A DNA stretch of 63,628 nucleotides, filler included, from Sphacelaria rigidula (GCA_964200075.2; 6 parts of 6 records of this genome joined end to end with filler, not necessarily neighbours in it); one strand, 5' to 3'. Counted from the whole stretch's first letter, positions 49,472 through 62,246 are shown. Notes: generated from the sequence alone by a model not told the origin. Translations and numbers: made by a program.

Positions 49472-50253
49472 CCCGCCGTGTTTGTTGTTACCTGTTTGCA
49501 GGCCTTTCTGTGTTTCTAAAATTCGATTTCCCGGCGTTCGGGGTTCGGTGAAGTTAACAGCCGATTTGCCGCGGTTCGGTGAATTGTGGAGCCAGATTTT
49601 ATTGTCTCTGTCTGTACTGTCTGCATTGCTTGCAAGCAGTCTCTTGGGTGCGCGTGTGCGTGTTTCGTTCAGGAGGATATAGAAGAGAAGCGAGCAACGT
49701 GCAGTGCATACAGCCCAGGACTATCAGTTATCTCTTCTTGTAATGCGACGTGAAGAGGACTTCCGCAACGTGCAGCTGTGTGCTGCCTGCACTGTCCATG
49801 AGCGTGCACGCAACTCGGTTGCGCACCGTACCACGCAGTTCCGTCGCTGATCCCTACCATGAGAGGAGATGCGCAAGTTTTCGCCAACAAAAAATAAACA
49901 AAGCACACCCAACTACTATAGTGTATCTATCCCTGTGCTCAACTCGTGCTCTATGCTGCAGGGTTGCGGTGGTAGCCGAGAATGAGTTGGAGTTTGCATG
50001 GTCCTGTGATCAGGTGTTATCTGGCGTGGTGGTCTGTAAGATTGGAGTCAAGTGCCGCTTCGTGCCTTTCGACCGCATGTTTTCGATCGAACAGATTGTT
50101 TTTAACCTCGTTGAATTTTTCCCCGCGCGACCCTAATTATAATTTTGAGTTGAAGCCTTCTGGGAACATAAATGCGGTGTACGTATCAGATCGGCGAAAA
50201 AAAATCGACCGCACTTTTACGATCGAAAACTAAAGTGGTAGGGGCGTGTCTTA

Positions 50254-51176
50254 GGCCAACTCTAAAGGGAGCCGTTCAAAATTCCCCTCGAAAACTGCAT
50301 TTTGGGCCCTTCTCCTTCGATTTACGCCCGAAAAGAAGGCTAGGCGGATGTTGACGCCTTGGAATGACTTCCTCTACTCGTTGAGACCGTTCTAGGGCAA
50401 CTTTTGCATTTCCTGCTGGCCGCACTTTTGTTTTTGACCAAACCAGGCCAAACACGAATTTTCAGTATAAAACGGTCAGGTGATCAAAATTTCCCTTTTT
50501 CGTAGATCGCTCGACCGTTTTTTGTTAAAAATCCGTTTAAGGCCAAAAAGGAAAGTGCGGCCAGCGGGAAATGCAAAAGTTGCCCTTGGACGGCCTCAAT
50601 GAGTAGAGCAAGTAATTTCAAGGCGTCAATACCCGCCTAGCTCTCTTTTCAGGCGAAAAACGATGGAGAAGGGCCAAAAAGACAGTTTTGAACAGAAATT
50701 ATCACGTGATCGAAGTTTCCCCCTGTTTTTTGATGGCTCGACCGGTTTTGATTGTAAATCCGTGTTCGGCCAAAAATAAAAGTGCGGCCAGCGGGAAATG
50801 CACAAGTTGCCCTGGGACGGCCTCAATGAGTTGAGCAAGTCATTCCAAGGCGTCAATATCCGCCTAGCTCTCTTTCAGGCGAAAAACGATGGAGAAAGGC
50901 CAAAAAGACAGTTTTGAACAGAAGTTGTCACGTGATCAAAATTTCCCCCTGTTTTTTGATGGCTCGACCGGTTTTCATTGAAAATCCGTGTTGGGTCAAA
51001 AATGAAAGTGCGGCCAGCGGGAGATGCAAAGTTGCCCTGGCGCGGTCTCATTGAGTAAACAAGTCGTTCCAAGGCGTCAATATTCGCCTAGCCCTCTTTC
51101 AAGCCTGAAACGACGATGAAGGGCCAAAAAGGCAGGTTTGAACAGAACTTTTGAACGGCTCACATTAGAGTCGGTC
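50254..51176. mobile_element. Non-autonomous TIR element built from ~226-bp subrepeats (possibly PIF/Harbinger-like)
   Basis: TA|GGCCAACTCTAAAGGGAGCCGTTCAAAA...TTTTGAACGGCTCACATTAGAGTCGGTC|TA; one forward and three inverted units (GTGCGGCCAGCGGG at 50555, 50782, 51008). A second copy starts at ~51179 and runs to ~51780. Confidence 0.75.
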
Positions 51177-51192
51177 TAACCGACTCTAATGG

Positions 51193-51498
51193 TGCCGCGC
51201 CCCGGTGTTGTAATGGTCCGACTATCGCCATTAGGGTGGAGAGAACGGGGGTTCGATTTCCGATGCGTTGGGTTTTTTCTTCGTCATGTACGATTCCCAC
51301 CGTGGAAAGCGTGAGAGCGCGAGTAAACAAAGTAGTCGGCTGGGTTTGTGTGACGTGAGTTGACGGTGCGGGAGTGCTGACGCAATCCGCGAGACCAAAG
51401 TGAAAGGCGCGTACCAGGGGAGAGACGGGTTGATCCCTTGAGACCACGGACTCATCCCGAGGAAGGGGAGGGGTTCAAAGTATGAGAAAAAAGAAAAA
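51193..51498 (+). mobile_element. tRNA-derived SINE, copy C, with A-rich tail and TSD
   Basis: A box TGTTGTAATGG, B box GGTTCGATTTC, tail GAAAAAAGAAAAA, AATGG on both sides. Excision restores the host TIR CTCTAATGGGAGCCGTTCAAA. Confidence 0.92.
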
Positions 51499-51987
51499 AA
51501 TGGGAGCCGTTCAAACTTTCTGTTCAAAACTGCCCTCTTGGCCCTCGTCCGTTGTTTCGCCTGAAAAGAGGGCAAGGCGGATATTGACGCTTTGGAATGA
51601 CTTGCTCTACTTATTGAGGCCGTTCCAGGGCAACTTTGCATTTCTCGCTGGTGGCACTTTCATTTTTGGCCAAACATGGATTTTCAACGAAAGACGGTCA
51701 AGCGATGAAAAAACACAGAGGGGAATTTTGATCACCTGACCGTTTTATACTGAACATCCGTGTTTGGCCTCATTTGGCCACAAACACGCCCTAAAAGAGT
51801 AAAAAAACTGCGCGAACAAACGGATCAAACATTACGCCCGTGCCGGATCTTCCATTTTCTACTCATCACATATAACATAGTTGCATAACCGATACAGATA
51901 TCTAATCTTTGGCTCAACCTCTTCGTAGGAGTCATTACCTTTACCATCTCCCAAATTAAATTAATCCCTTTCCACGCCTATCGTGGA

Positions 51988-52026
51988 GGACGGGGCCGCC
52001 GATCGGCGGCCCCGTCCGATCCTTGT
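51988..52026 (+). mobile_element. Possible Helitron 3' terminus (GC-rich palindrome + CTTGT)
   Basis: Perfect 30-bp palindrome GGACGGGGCCGCCGATCGGCGGCCCCGTCC followed by GATCCTTGT. Confidence 0.45.
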
Positions 52027-53007
52027 ATATAATACAACTTGGTAAAGACTTGTATATATAGTAGTCAGGATTAGAACTTTTCGGAATTCGTAGTTATTGT
52101 AGTTCTCAAGTTTTCCCCGAGTATTATTCTTTATTACTACTTGAAAGTGCTAGCGCCGGTAGATTTAGGGGAAAGCGTAGGCCGCGCTCAAACTGCAGTG
52201 CTCAAGTTGGTGTTTTTGGGGCGATACGGACTAGACACCCCGTTTATCATGAGGGTGTTATTGACCGTTTTTGGTCCAATAGAAACAGCTTTCCGGCTCT
52301 TCCGCAACGAAACGGTAAATATTGATACAACTGAATACATATACAGTTCTCCACAATAACGACCGAGATTGTGTTTCCCTCCTATACTGCACAGACCTCA
52401 GTCTAGCATTTTCTGCGGATGGCCTCTTTTCGTTTTTTTTTCACATAACATTTTCCATGAGCACTCGAAAGTGCTACGAGTAGCGTCGATAGTTTCGGCA
52501 AAATAAGCAGACAGTGCTCAAATCACAACGCCCACGTTGGTGTCGTGGGGGCGATACGGAGGAAAGACCTCGTTTATCAGGAGGGTGTTCTTGACCGTGA
52601 ATGATCCAAGAAATATAGTTTCCCGGCTTGAGCGCAGTGACTAGGTGGAATTAAAAAAAAACAAGATTTTTGAGTCTTCACTTATGTGATCGGGATCGAG
52701 TCGGTCCACCGAAAATACCGTAAAGTCAGAACCTGGAGTTGCACGCGCGCAGGACCCCCGAAGAGGTCGCTTAAGCCCGTAATTCACTCAAAATTGATCG
52801 CAGATATTGTTTCTTTCAATATTTGTCAAGAGTATCAAAATGTCTCCAGATCCAACAGCCACTGTGATGAGCGGTGGCGAGCGAAACAAATTTGGGAATT
52901 CTTTGAGAAACTAGGAAATTACGGAATCTGCATACGTCCGACGCTGACTACTGTACTGAGCGCCGGAATGTTAGAGGTGTCTCTATTGGGAGTAGGAACG
53001 GTGCTCC

Positions 53008-53107
53008 NNNNNNNNNNNNNNNNNNNNNNNNNNNNNNNNNNNNNNNNNNNNTTAATTAATTAANNNNNNNNNNNNNNNNNNNNNNNNNNNNNNNNNNNNN
53101 NNNNNNN
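53008..53107. other. Artificial contig spacer
   Basis: N44-TTAATTAATTAA-N44. Confidence 0.98.
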
Positions 53108-53149
53108 GAGGTTATTGTACTCTAAAAGCAAGTGAACCGGTTCTCGGCA

Positions 53150-53821
53150 GAAAAACGCGATTTCACTGCTCAATTTGAAGTTGTTTTCCATGAAATTTCG
53201 ACACGGTATACACGGGGTATATGTGAATCCCCTACCGTTTGCCCCCTCTTTCTTTTTTTTCCTCGTATGTTATCAGTGATCTAAATTTCGGAACATTTTT
53301 TTTGGTGCAAAAGCGTCGACAACTCATTAAAAAAATATATATGTCAAGGGGGAACAATAGGAAGTTCAAAACATACCTCATGCGCATCGTGTCGAAATTT
53401 CGTGAAAAAATATTCAAAATTCAACAGCACAACCGCGTTTAATTTTTTCGTGGCTAGTTCATCTCCACATAGGAACCAGTCTTGGACACGAACACGCGAT
53501 TCAACAGCTGAGTTTCAGGTCGTTTTCAATGAAATTTTGACACGATGTACACGATGTATGTGCAAAGACGCCACTTTTTCCCCTCTACTTTTTGTTTAAT
53601 TTCCCCGTGAGTTATCGGCGACCAAACATTTCAGAACAACTTTTCGGAACAAAATCGTGAATAACTTCGAAAAAAAAAAAAACATGGGGGTGCCCGTGCC
53701 GTCTGGGCGCGCCCACCCTTAGCTACGCGGCGTTTNNNNNNNNNNTAGAAAACAACCTGAAACTCAGCTGTTAAATCGCGTGTTCACATCCCTGTCCGCG
53801 TCTTAGGCGGCCCAGCCTGTA
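53150..53821. mobile_element. Tc1/mariner-like MITE fragments
   Basis: Internal inverted blocks (AAATTT.GACACG); end CCTGTCCGCGTCT...CCAGCCTG|TA shared with 54650-55076. Confidence 0.55.
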
Positions 53822-54649
53822 TAAGAAGCGGACTGACTATCGTTATTTCTACATCATTGTGCAGCTGACTCTCCTTCTCCTGTTCCTATATCAACCATTT
53901 CTATCCAACTGTACTGAACCCGATTCCTGCTTCGCTGTACAGCAGTGGGCGGTCTAACTATTCATTTCGTGGCATTTTGTGATTTTTTCGTGATTGGCAA
54001 TTTTCTTGCGCTCTTTTCGCTTGCCACCGCTTATCACATTGGGGATTTGAAGATATTTGTATCCGCTCCACATTCCAAGGAAGACAAATCATATGTGCTC
54101 CATATTGAGTGAATTACGGGCTGACCGGTAATCGGGGGTCCTGTCATGTTTCAGCCCAGGTTCTTACTCTCCGGTATTCTCGGTCGATCGAGTCTATTCC
54201 AATCATGTTTGTGAAGAAATATACAGTTTTTTTTGTGAAATTCTACCTACTCATTGCACTAGAGCCGAAAAACTTTTACTGTCACGAACACCCTCCTCAT
54301 GAACGGGGTATTTACTCGTATCGGCCGATAACACCGACTAACACTCACTTGGGCACTGTGTTTCGAGAATTATCTGTTTATTGTACCAAAACTCTACCGA
54401 CGCCAGCAATTTCGAATTCTATCGAAGAGTACTACGCGAGGAAAACCTTAAAACACCCCTGAATAGTCAGACCACCCACTACTGTAATCCGACTGCTGGA
54501 TCGATCCTTTGCATCACGTAACGATTCGTCCCGATACACAAACCGCAGATCCCGCTGCGCTCGGATCCTTCACTTCCGTGTCGAAAACCGGTTGCCATGT
54601 GGAGAGGGACCAGGCATGACGGGAACAGGAAACTCTGAACCGCGGTAAC

Positions 54650-55076
54650 GTTGTTCAATTTCAAGTCGTTTACCTTGAAATTTTGACACCATGTGCTTGA
54701 GCTATGTTCAAAGACCCTAATTATCCCTCCTTTGATTTTTTTTTCAATGAGCTATCGAGGAGTTCGTGCCGGAAAAAAATGTTCCGAAATTTGGATTACC
54801 GGTAAGTCACGAGAAAAAATAAAAAAAGTGAGAAGGGATAACAGCAGCGGCTTTGCACATGCCTTACGGGTACTGTATGTACATTGCAGAACAGCTTTTT
54901 TCGGAACTAAATTGCAAATGACTCACGAAGAAGAAAAATGATGTAGGGAAGGGAAAATGTGGTCTCCGCACATACGTCCTGTACATCGTGTCAAAATCTC
55001 ATTGAAAATGATCCGAAATCGAGCAGTACAATCGCGTGTCAAATTCCTGTCCGCGTCTCCATCGGTCCAGCCTGTA
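54650..55076. mobile_element. Tc1/mariner-like MITE, second copy
   Basis: Same terminal CCAGCCTG|TA; 54970-55040 is the reverse complement of 53490-53565. Confidence 0.55.
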
Positions 55077-57234
55077 CGAGATTTTTCAGGCATCATTTTT
55101 GCTGAAACGCATACCCATCAAACATCAACCCGAAGAATCCGCCCCTCATTGCCTTCCGCCACATGCCACCCGCAGCTGTTTCACACAGCAACACACCTCA
55201 ACCTTAAGATGCTGCGGTCGGCCAGACCTCCTGCCCCCAGCATCGCTGTCCATCTCGCCCTGCCCATTCCGCTCACAGCAGAAGTAGTTTTCCATAATTT
55301 GCCCTCGCGCCAGAGCACAGCTTTCAACATCACCTGATGCCGTTGTTCGAGGCTGGTCAGGAGTGTCGGCCACCCCGATGCTTTCCACAGATCCAACGTT
55401 CGCCACTGTCTGGCATGCCTCTCTTTCCTTCGCAAGATCCATACGTATATTTCAATATGCTTGTTCGTCCTTGCCTATCAGTCGGACTCGCCGCGATCGC
55501 GCTTGGAGGTTGGGGCGACTCTAGCTGGGTACACTTCGTTGCAGCAATAGCCAGTTACTGTTGTGTCCTGTGTGCAAAGAATGTATGAAAATGCTGTACT
55601 GCAGTCAGAGAAGTACCGTAGTCGAAATGCGGTGAAATTGCCCCCTTTAAAAGCCCACCCCTTGTGCACACCAAGTTGCCAGATAAGGGATGGGTTGAAC
55701 AACTCCAGCCGCTTGAGTACTGCCCGATTCAGCAACGAATATTGCAGCACCGTGAGTAAGAGCAACACTGCGATGATATACAGACAAAACGGTACAGTAA
55801 AGGCAAATACACGCGAACAGCAACCTCGGCCTGCTGCCTACTGTCTGAACTGCTGCTATTATATGTTCCGTGGGTGCTGTACTGTCTGTGTCGTACTGTT
55901 CCGTTCTGCACTGTACTTTGATTCCTGTCTTCTATTTCCAGGTGCTTCAGGCGTAGAGACAGCATGTGCAACCGTGCGCAGCACTAAACGGAGCTGAATG
56001 CTCGACTGTTGAAACACATGGTAAATACTACATGGCCGAGCTGTAGACTGCACAGATACGTAGCTGCATGACCAATTCAAAAGAGTCAGGAGTAAAAAAC
56101 GACCTAGGAACACCCCACTCACCTCGTCGAAATTGCGGAGCGTTTGGCACTGGGCGTATTCATCGGGAAGATTCCTCGACAATGGAAAATACTGCATGAA
56201 GGGGTATGCGGCATTTTCGCCTTTCCGTGGCAAACCAGCAACTAATTGCCCGCACATCCTATCTCGGCCAGTGAGGGATTGCACACCGCACACAACAAGA
56301 GTAGCAGCTGCACATCATTGCGGGGCCGGATGTTGGCTCGGCTATGCTGTCGGTTGTCACTGGATGCAATGAAGCAAAGCACATTGTAGATGAAGGATTC
56401 AAAGAGCTCATGAGGGACAACAACAAATTATCCCCGACGATGAGCAATTTGGGGGACTTACATCATCCATGCTTTCGCAAGTGGCACACCGGGCCACAAC
56501 AGAGAAGGAGGGCAGATGCAGAGGCGCACACTCGCACAGAGGGGCGAGAACCTCATCGACCACAGCACTTCAACCGTCGTCCAAATATGTTCCGAGACGG
56601 GCTGTGACGTTATCGGACTCCAAGTTCATGCTCAATCACCCATATCGGGTACGGGGTGATGTGAAGCGGAGCGCGCACTGGGACAACGGATAAGAATGGA
56701 CCGTATATTGGTTGGTTGAAGCACCGGGGGTTCCTTGACCAAAAGTTTATCATTAGCACAACTTGTGGCTGCGGGTGCCGAGCAGAGTGAGCTTGGCAGG
56801 GAGTACCGCATCACGGAAACACATGCGCGTACGTTCCTCCACACAGCTAATGCTGGTATGATCAGGAGTGCCCCAAAAAACAACTCCGAGATCTTACGTA
56901 CCCCCTACCCCTACCCCTCCCCCTCCGGCGGTCGCAGCAATATTTTTCATGTTAAGAAACACTCAATGGATAGCCATTTGGGGGTGACTTGGGTGAGGTA
57001 GCGCCCATGATTGTTGATCCTACCTGTCACCACAATATGCGACGCACATTGAATGCAGATTGGCGGTGCAGATAGATGCATTTAGCTTGATTGAGCAAGC
57101 ATTGCAGAGCATTGTGGTATTTGTCTGGTCTTGTTCTTGTCGTGGAAGTGTGATGTGCAATGTATTGCCGAAACTCATAGATATAACTTGACCTTGGCTC
57201 CGAAGGTACGCGAAGAATCAAAGCTTCATTAACA

Positions 57235-57678
57235 AACACGGGATCTCACAAATTGGGGATGGATCTTTTATTGGGGATGAGAAACCCGGAGAATTAAAAT
57301 TTTCGTATCCACACCAAATCCTGGACATAGGGTTCCATTTCTTCACCTCCTGATAGCTATTGACAACTGCTACACGCCACTGAAATTCGGATTTCGATCA
57401 CCAAAATGTTGGGGTCCTAGGTGAAAAACCCATTTCGGAACCATTTTGGCGTCCGTTCGGAGACCCGGAATTCCTCAAAATTGTTTTTTCACGTAGGACC
57501 CCAACACTTCGGTGGTCAAAATTCAAATTTTTATGGCGTGTAGCAGTTGTCAATTGCTAGCAGTAGGTGAAGAAATAGAACAGTATTTCGAAGGTTTGGT
57601 GTGGATACGAAAATTTTAATTCTCCGGGTTTCTCATCCCCAATAAAAGATCCATCCGCAATTTGTAAGATCCCGTGTT
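57235..57678. mobile_element. 444-bp foldback element (~195-bp arms, ~50-bp loop)
   Basis: AACACGGGATCT...AGATCCCGTGTT; outer ~85 bp nearly perfectly inverted; AACA on both flanks. Confidence 0.9.
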
Positions 57679-58039
57679 AACACGAATTTTTATTATATTT
57701 TTAGTTTTATGTATGGGATTTAGTACCCCTCCCCACCCCCCACCCCTACCTCCCCCCCGAAAAACTCCAGCATTCAAAAAATGAGCACAGGGTCTCGGAT
57801 TTTATTTCGGCACTCTCGGTATGATGTCAAATCTCGACCACGTGTAATCAATCAAAAGGGTCGCACATGGATGCGTCACAACCTTATCGTCGATCTTCTA
57901 TCGTACGTTCCCAAGATATCCAGTTCACACGAATAGTCCATGGGGTGGGGTTTGCGATCCGGCAGGCTGTCTGGGGCGGATTGGAGGAGGGAGACAAGGT
58001 ATAGTAGTGGAGCGCATCAGCCCGAGACCGATGAATGTA

Positions 58040-60900
58040 TGCCTGCAGCGCGGCAAATCGAACGAAGTACATTATTTTGTGTCTGGATACGCGCCTACCT
58101 ACAGAGAAAGTAGTGATATATCGATATATCACTGCTGAAGACTAGTTCTGGACAGCAATAAATAGACGCCGTGATCCGAGAGGTACCTCGCGGTAGCCAC
58201 CTTGTGGTTATGATGAATGCCGATGCTCGGACGGGTAGGAGAGGAGATGGGTGTAGTGATACCAAGGTGCATGGTGGGTACGGGTGCGATACGCTGAATG
58301 ACAACGGAGAACGACGGCTCAGTTTCGCTGGCAGCAACAAGCTCTCCGTCGCCAAGACACTTTTCAGCACCCCGAAGGGCGGAGCCTCACACATGTTCCA
58401 CCAAAGAGCGAAGACAAGGAACATTGGCATAACTACATAGCCGTTCGACAAGCGGACCTGAGGCTTGTGCGCAATGTTTCAATACGCCGCGTTGACCTCA
58501 AAGACTTGAACCACAATCTCGTGTACGCTGCCGTTCGACTTCGCCACTGAATCACTCCCAACTGACGCAAGAGAGGCAGTAACAACAGGGGCGGACGTGC
58601 CGCCATCGACCTTGAACGGCTGAAGGTGGAAGACACCGTCCGGAGTGAAATCTAATACCGGATTCAGCACAGGACCTATTGGTTCCCCACCACTACCGGG
58701 TCGGAAGCGATCGTGAGCAAGATGGCCGCTGTGCTCACGGATACCGTGTTGTCCGCGGCCGTGGACCGCCCCCTGGACTGGGTGCAAACGAGGACTGATT
58801 GGGCGGTGCACAAGCGAGGAAGCGAAGCGCGAGATTCACGAAGAGTGGGGGAAGAGGGGGGCGGGCCAGCGACAACTTCGGGGTGGTCCGACGGACAGCG
58901 CTCTCCGAAAGGAACCGAAGACGGCGTGAAACATCTCAACCGACGGGGAGACAGGGCCGTGTATGAGTTCTTCGAGAAGTATGCGACGCAGCCCGAGAAT
59001 AGAATCCGTCAAAGAAATATGGCAGGCTCTTGCCAGCGCACGAAGGGGCTGGACGTCAAAGGACAACGGTCCTTTGCCTCGCAGAACATCAAGAACGAGG
59101 GCGACACTACGAGACTCCGTGCTCGTTCTCGCGCGGTGGGCCAGGTGGTTCCACAAACTCCTTAACTCCAAGTCGCCAACCCTCAACTCGCGAATGACCG
59201 AGCAGGTCAAGCAGCAGTCCAAGTGTGTGCCGCTCGACTATATACCGCCCAGGTTCGAGGTTGAGGAAGCGATAAGGAGAATGGTCAACAGAAAAATAGC
59301 AGGGCTGAACGAGCTCCCGGAGGAGCTCGTCAACCTGTTCCTAGATGGAGACCAGGACGTCCTCTGACGATTTCATTATATCATCGCCACCATGTAGCAG
59401 ACAGGAAAGGTGGCACAGCAGTGGAAGGACGCCACCGTTAAGGTGCTGTTCAAGGAGAGGGACACGATGGAGTGTGGCAACTACCGGGGCATCTCCCTCG
59501 TGGCCACGCGCTGGCTAAGTGCTGCTCAGCGTCGTTGTCAAAAGCTTGAGCAATTACTGCGGGCGCGACGGCGCCGTTACGGGGGAGAAAAGCGGCTTCC
59601 GTCCAACCCGCTCGACCTATGACATGATACTTGTAGTCCAGCGACTCCACGAGCTGGCATGGAAGAAGGGGACTCCACTATTTGAGTACTCCCTCGATTT
59701 CACCAGAGCATACGACTCCATCGACCGAAAACTGCTGTGGACCGTGCTCAAGCAATTCGGTATGCCCCTCAAGATGCTGGTCATAACTCGTCAGTTTCAC
59801 GACGGCATGAGGGCGCGTGTGCGGATGGAAGATAAATGGAGCCCGATCGATTCGGCGTGGTCCAGGTGCTCCGACAGAGGTACAACCTAGTACCGCTGCT
59901 GTTCGATTTGTTTTCGCCGCAATGCTAATGGTGCCAGCGAATGCGCTCGTCAAAGACGGCGAGCTGACGGTGGACAAGGCGAATATCAAGAGAGAGACAA
60001 GAAAAGGGGGAGGTCACGATGGCGGAGGCCGCCGGGCCGCTGTGGGGCATGCTATATGCCGACGACGCGGGCACCATTTCGCGATCGCCGGAAGACCTTG
60101 AGAAGATGATGTCGACTGTCGTGTGTGTTTCCGGTTCGTTCGGACTGATAGTGTCGGAGCCGAAGACGGATTCATGTGCTTGCTGCCAAAAGGGGCGGAG
60201 AAGTGCCAATTCAGAATCAATGACGGTGGCCAGGCACACAGGCAAACCATCAATTTTGTGTACCTCGGGAGGAGATATGTGAGGGCGAGAAGATGGACAA
60301 GGAAATGGCAAATCATTTGAACCGAGCAGAGGACGCTACAGGCGGCATGGCTAATCGGTGTACGACCGTCGGAAGCTCCTCCGACTCAAGTACGACTTCT
60401 CCAAGCCGTGGTGGTTGAAACCCTTCTGTACGGGCACACGACGTGGAACCTAAGGTCAAAGCACTACGACAAGCTCAACGGGGTCCACCGCTATTTGCTC
60501 ACGTGCGGCATCGACTGGAGCAAGAGGACGCGCAGTGACCGCCCTCTGTTCTATGCCGAGGCCCTTCTCAAGACCGATTGCACCGAGCCCATCGAGGCTA
60601 TCGTGCGCAAGCGGAGACTACTCTTCGCGGGATTTGTCATGAGAATGGGAGACGACGGACTCCCGAAGCGCGTCATGCTGGTAAGATCGGCGAGGGGCAA
60701 GGGCGCGGTTGGTTTCTTTGACCAGGAGGGGACCTTTGGTCCTTCGATATGAAGGAAGAGAAGGAGAAGGGGAGGTGGAAAACGAGCGCCTAGGGAATGG
60801 ACGGATGGTATGGCAACGAACAGGAACGGGCGAAATGCTTCATGGCGAAATGACACCGACGAGAACAAGAAGCATCGGCGAAGCGCCGTTTGGAGAGGGC
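58040..60900 (+). mobile_element. Degenerate non-LTR retrotransposon (RTE-like LINE): APE endonuclease + RT
   Basis: GYAPT, MNADARTG and NDNGERRLSF (APE); [12 protein letters not shown]...[29 protein letters not shown] and MLYADD (RT); ETLLYG..TW (RTE-type C-terminus); multiple stops and frameshifts. Confidence 0.92.
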
Positions 60901-61109
60901 GGACAATGACGCAAATAGACTAACAAGGGAGGGAGAGGTTGCGGACGGAGCGAAAAAAAAGCAAAACGGCACATCAGACGGAAAGAGAAAGTGAATGAAA
61001 TGGAAAGCGGAGGGAAGCCCCGCGCACCACTGCCAAAGAAGAGACAAACACGGAGGAGGGAAAGCGTGTGGTGAGCTTCGTGACCGACTGACGATACCGC
61101 TTCCCTTTC

Positions 61110-61615
61110 AAGGGTTGGCGTCGGTCAGCAACGACGCTGTAAAAAACGCCACTCACTGCGTACTGCGTTACTAGGGAATCAGGTTACACGTTTTTTCCCC
61201 TCGCTTACGTTTCTGTGAGGTAGCCATGATGGCGGTCGAATTAGGTCATCTTCGACGGGGTGAGAGAACCTTAACCCCGCGCGACGAGGAGTGTCGTACC
61301 ACGCAGTGTTTGAATGGTGACACACCCACCAGGCAACGGAACCCGTGGCTGTCTCTGGACGTGGCGATACCAGAAAATGAAGCAACCCGTTCGAGGCCGT
61401 CATCCATATGCAAGATGATCAGTACGCTTCCGGCCAAACAAATCTTAGTAGGATGCAGCTCACCCCTTATGCGACTCACCGAATTCATCACGGCTCTTTG
61501 CGCTTGGTGGTTGCAAAGCTGGTCGGGCGAAAACCCGGTGTGCCTCGCCCCGGCTTTGTAGGGATGCGGTCAATGGTCGTATGACAGCGGCATGCAAGAT
61601 CAAGAGTACACCCCC
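61110..61615 (+). repeat. ~500-bp dispersed repeat family copy, just 3' of the LINE ORF
   Basis: Collinear with 29860-30365; followed by a pyrimidine-rich tract. Confidence 0.85.
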
Positions 61616-62158
61616 CCTCACCCCCCTCTTGTGATGCAATGACAACTTCATTTTCGAATTTCTCGTTTTTTATCCTTCCCCTCCCTTCTCTTTTCTCCCC
61701 TTTCCTCTGGCCCTGTCTTTTTGTTTTGTACCTGATTTGGTTTGGTTTGTCCTGTCCTGTTTCTTCACCTTTCCCTTTATGCAGACCCGTGCTTGGATCC
61801 TATTATCCTTTGGCCCTTATCGCGTTGTCTTGTCTTGCCTTGTCTTGCCTTGCCTTGACTCGCCCTGACTTGTTCGGTATCCCGATCTATGTCGTTTCCT
61901 TCTGGGAGCTTTTTCGCCTCTCATGGCCCGCGTACCATGCAGCCGACGATTTTCTCTTTTTTTATTTGTTCTTTTGAACCGTCCGTATGGTTTGTGTTTT
62001 GTTTTCGCTGACGTGTGTATATAACCCCGCCCTGCGGGGCGCCATGCTTTCATGTTCGTGGGCGCATTATTATTATTCCTTTCGCATTCTGTCTTTTTGT
62101 GTCATGGCTTTGTGACCACGGGCGCTAGATTTCTGAAAAAGGGCTAGGGTAAGAAACA

Positions 62159-62213
62159 ACGACAACGACGACGATGACGACGATGACGACGACGACGACG
62201 ACGATGACGACGA

Positions 62214-62245
<32 letters not shown>
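62159..62245. repeat. (GAC)n microsatellite, ~29 units
   Basis: Direct reading of the sequence. Confidence 0.97.

Positions 62246-62246
<1 letters not shown>

Noticed and set aside
55100..57200. Several 60-145 aa ORFs between MITEs
   Set aside because: No recognisable motif, splice pattern or consistent frame; cannot be supported as genes.
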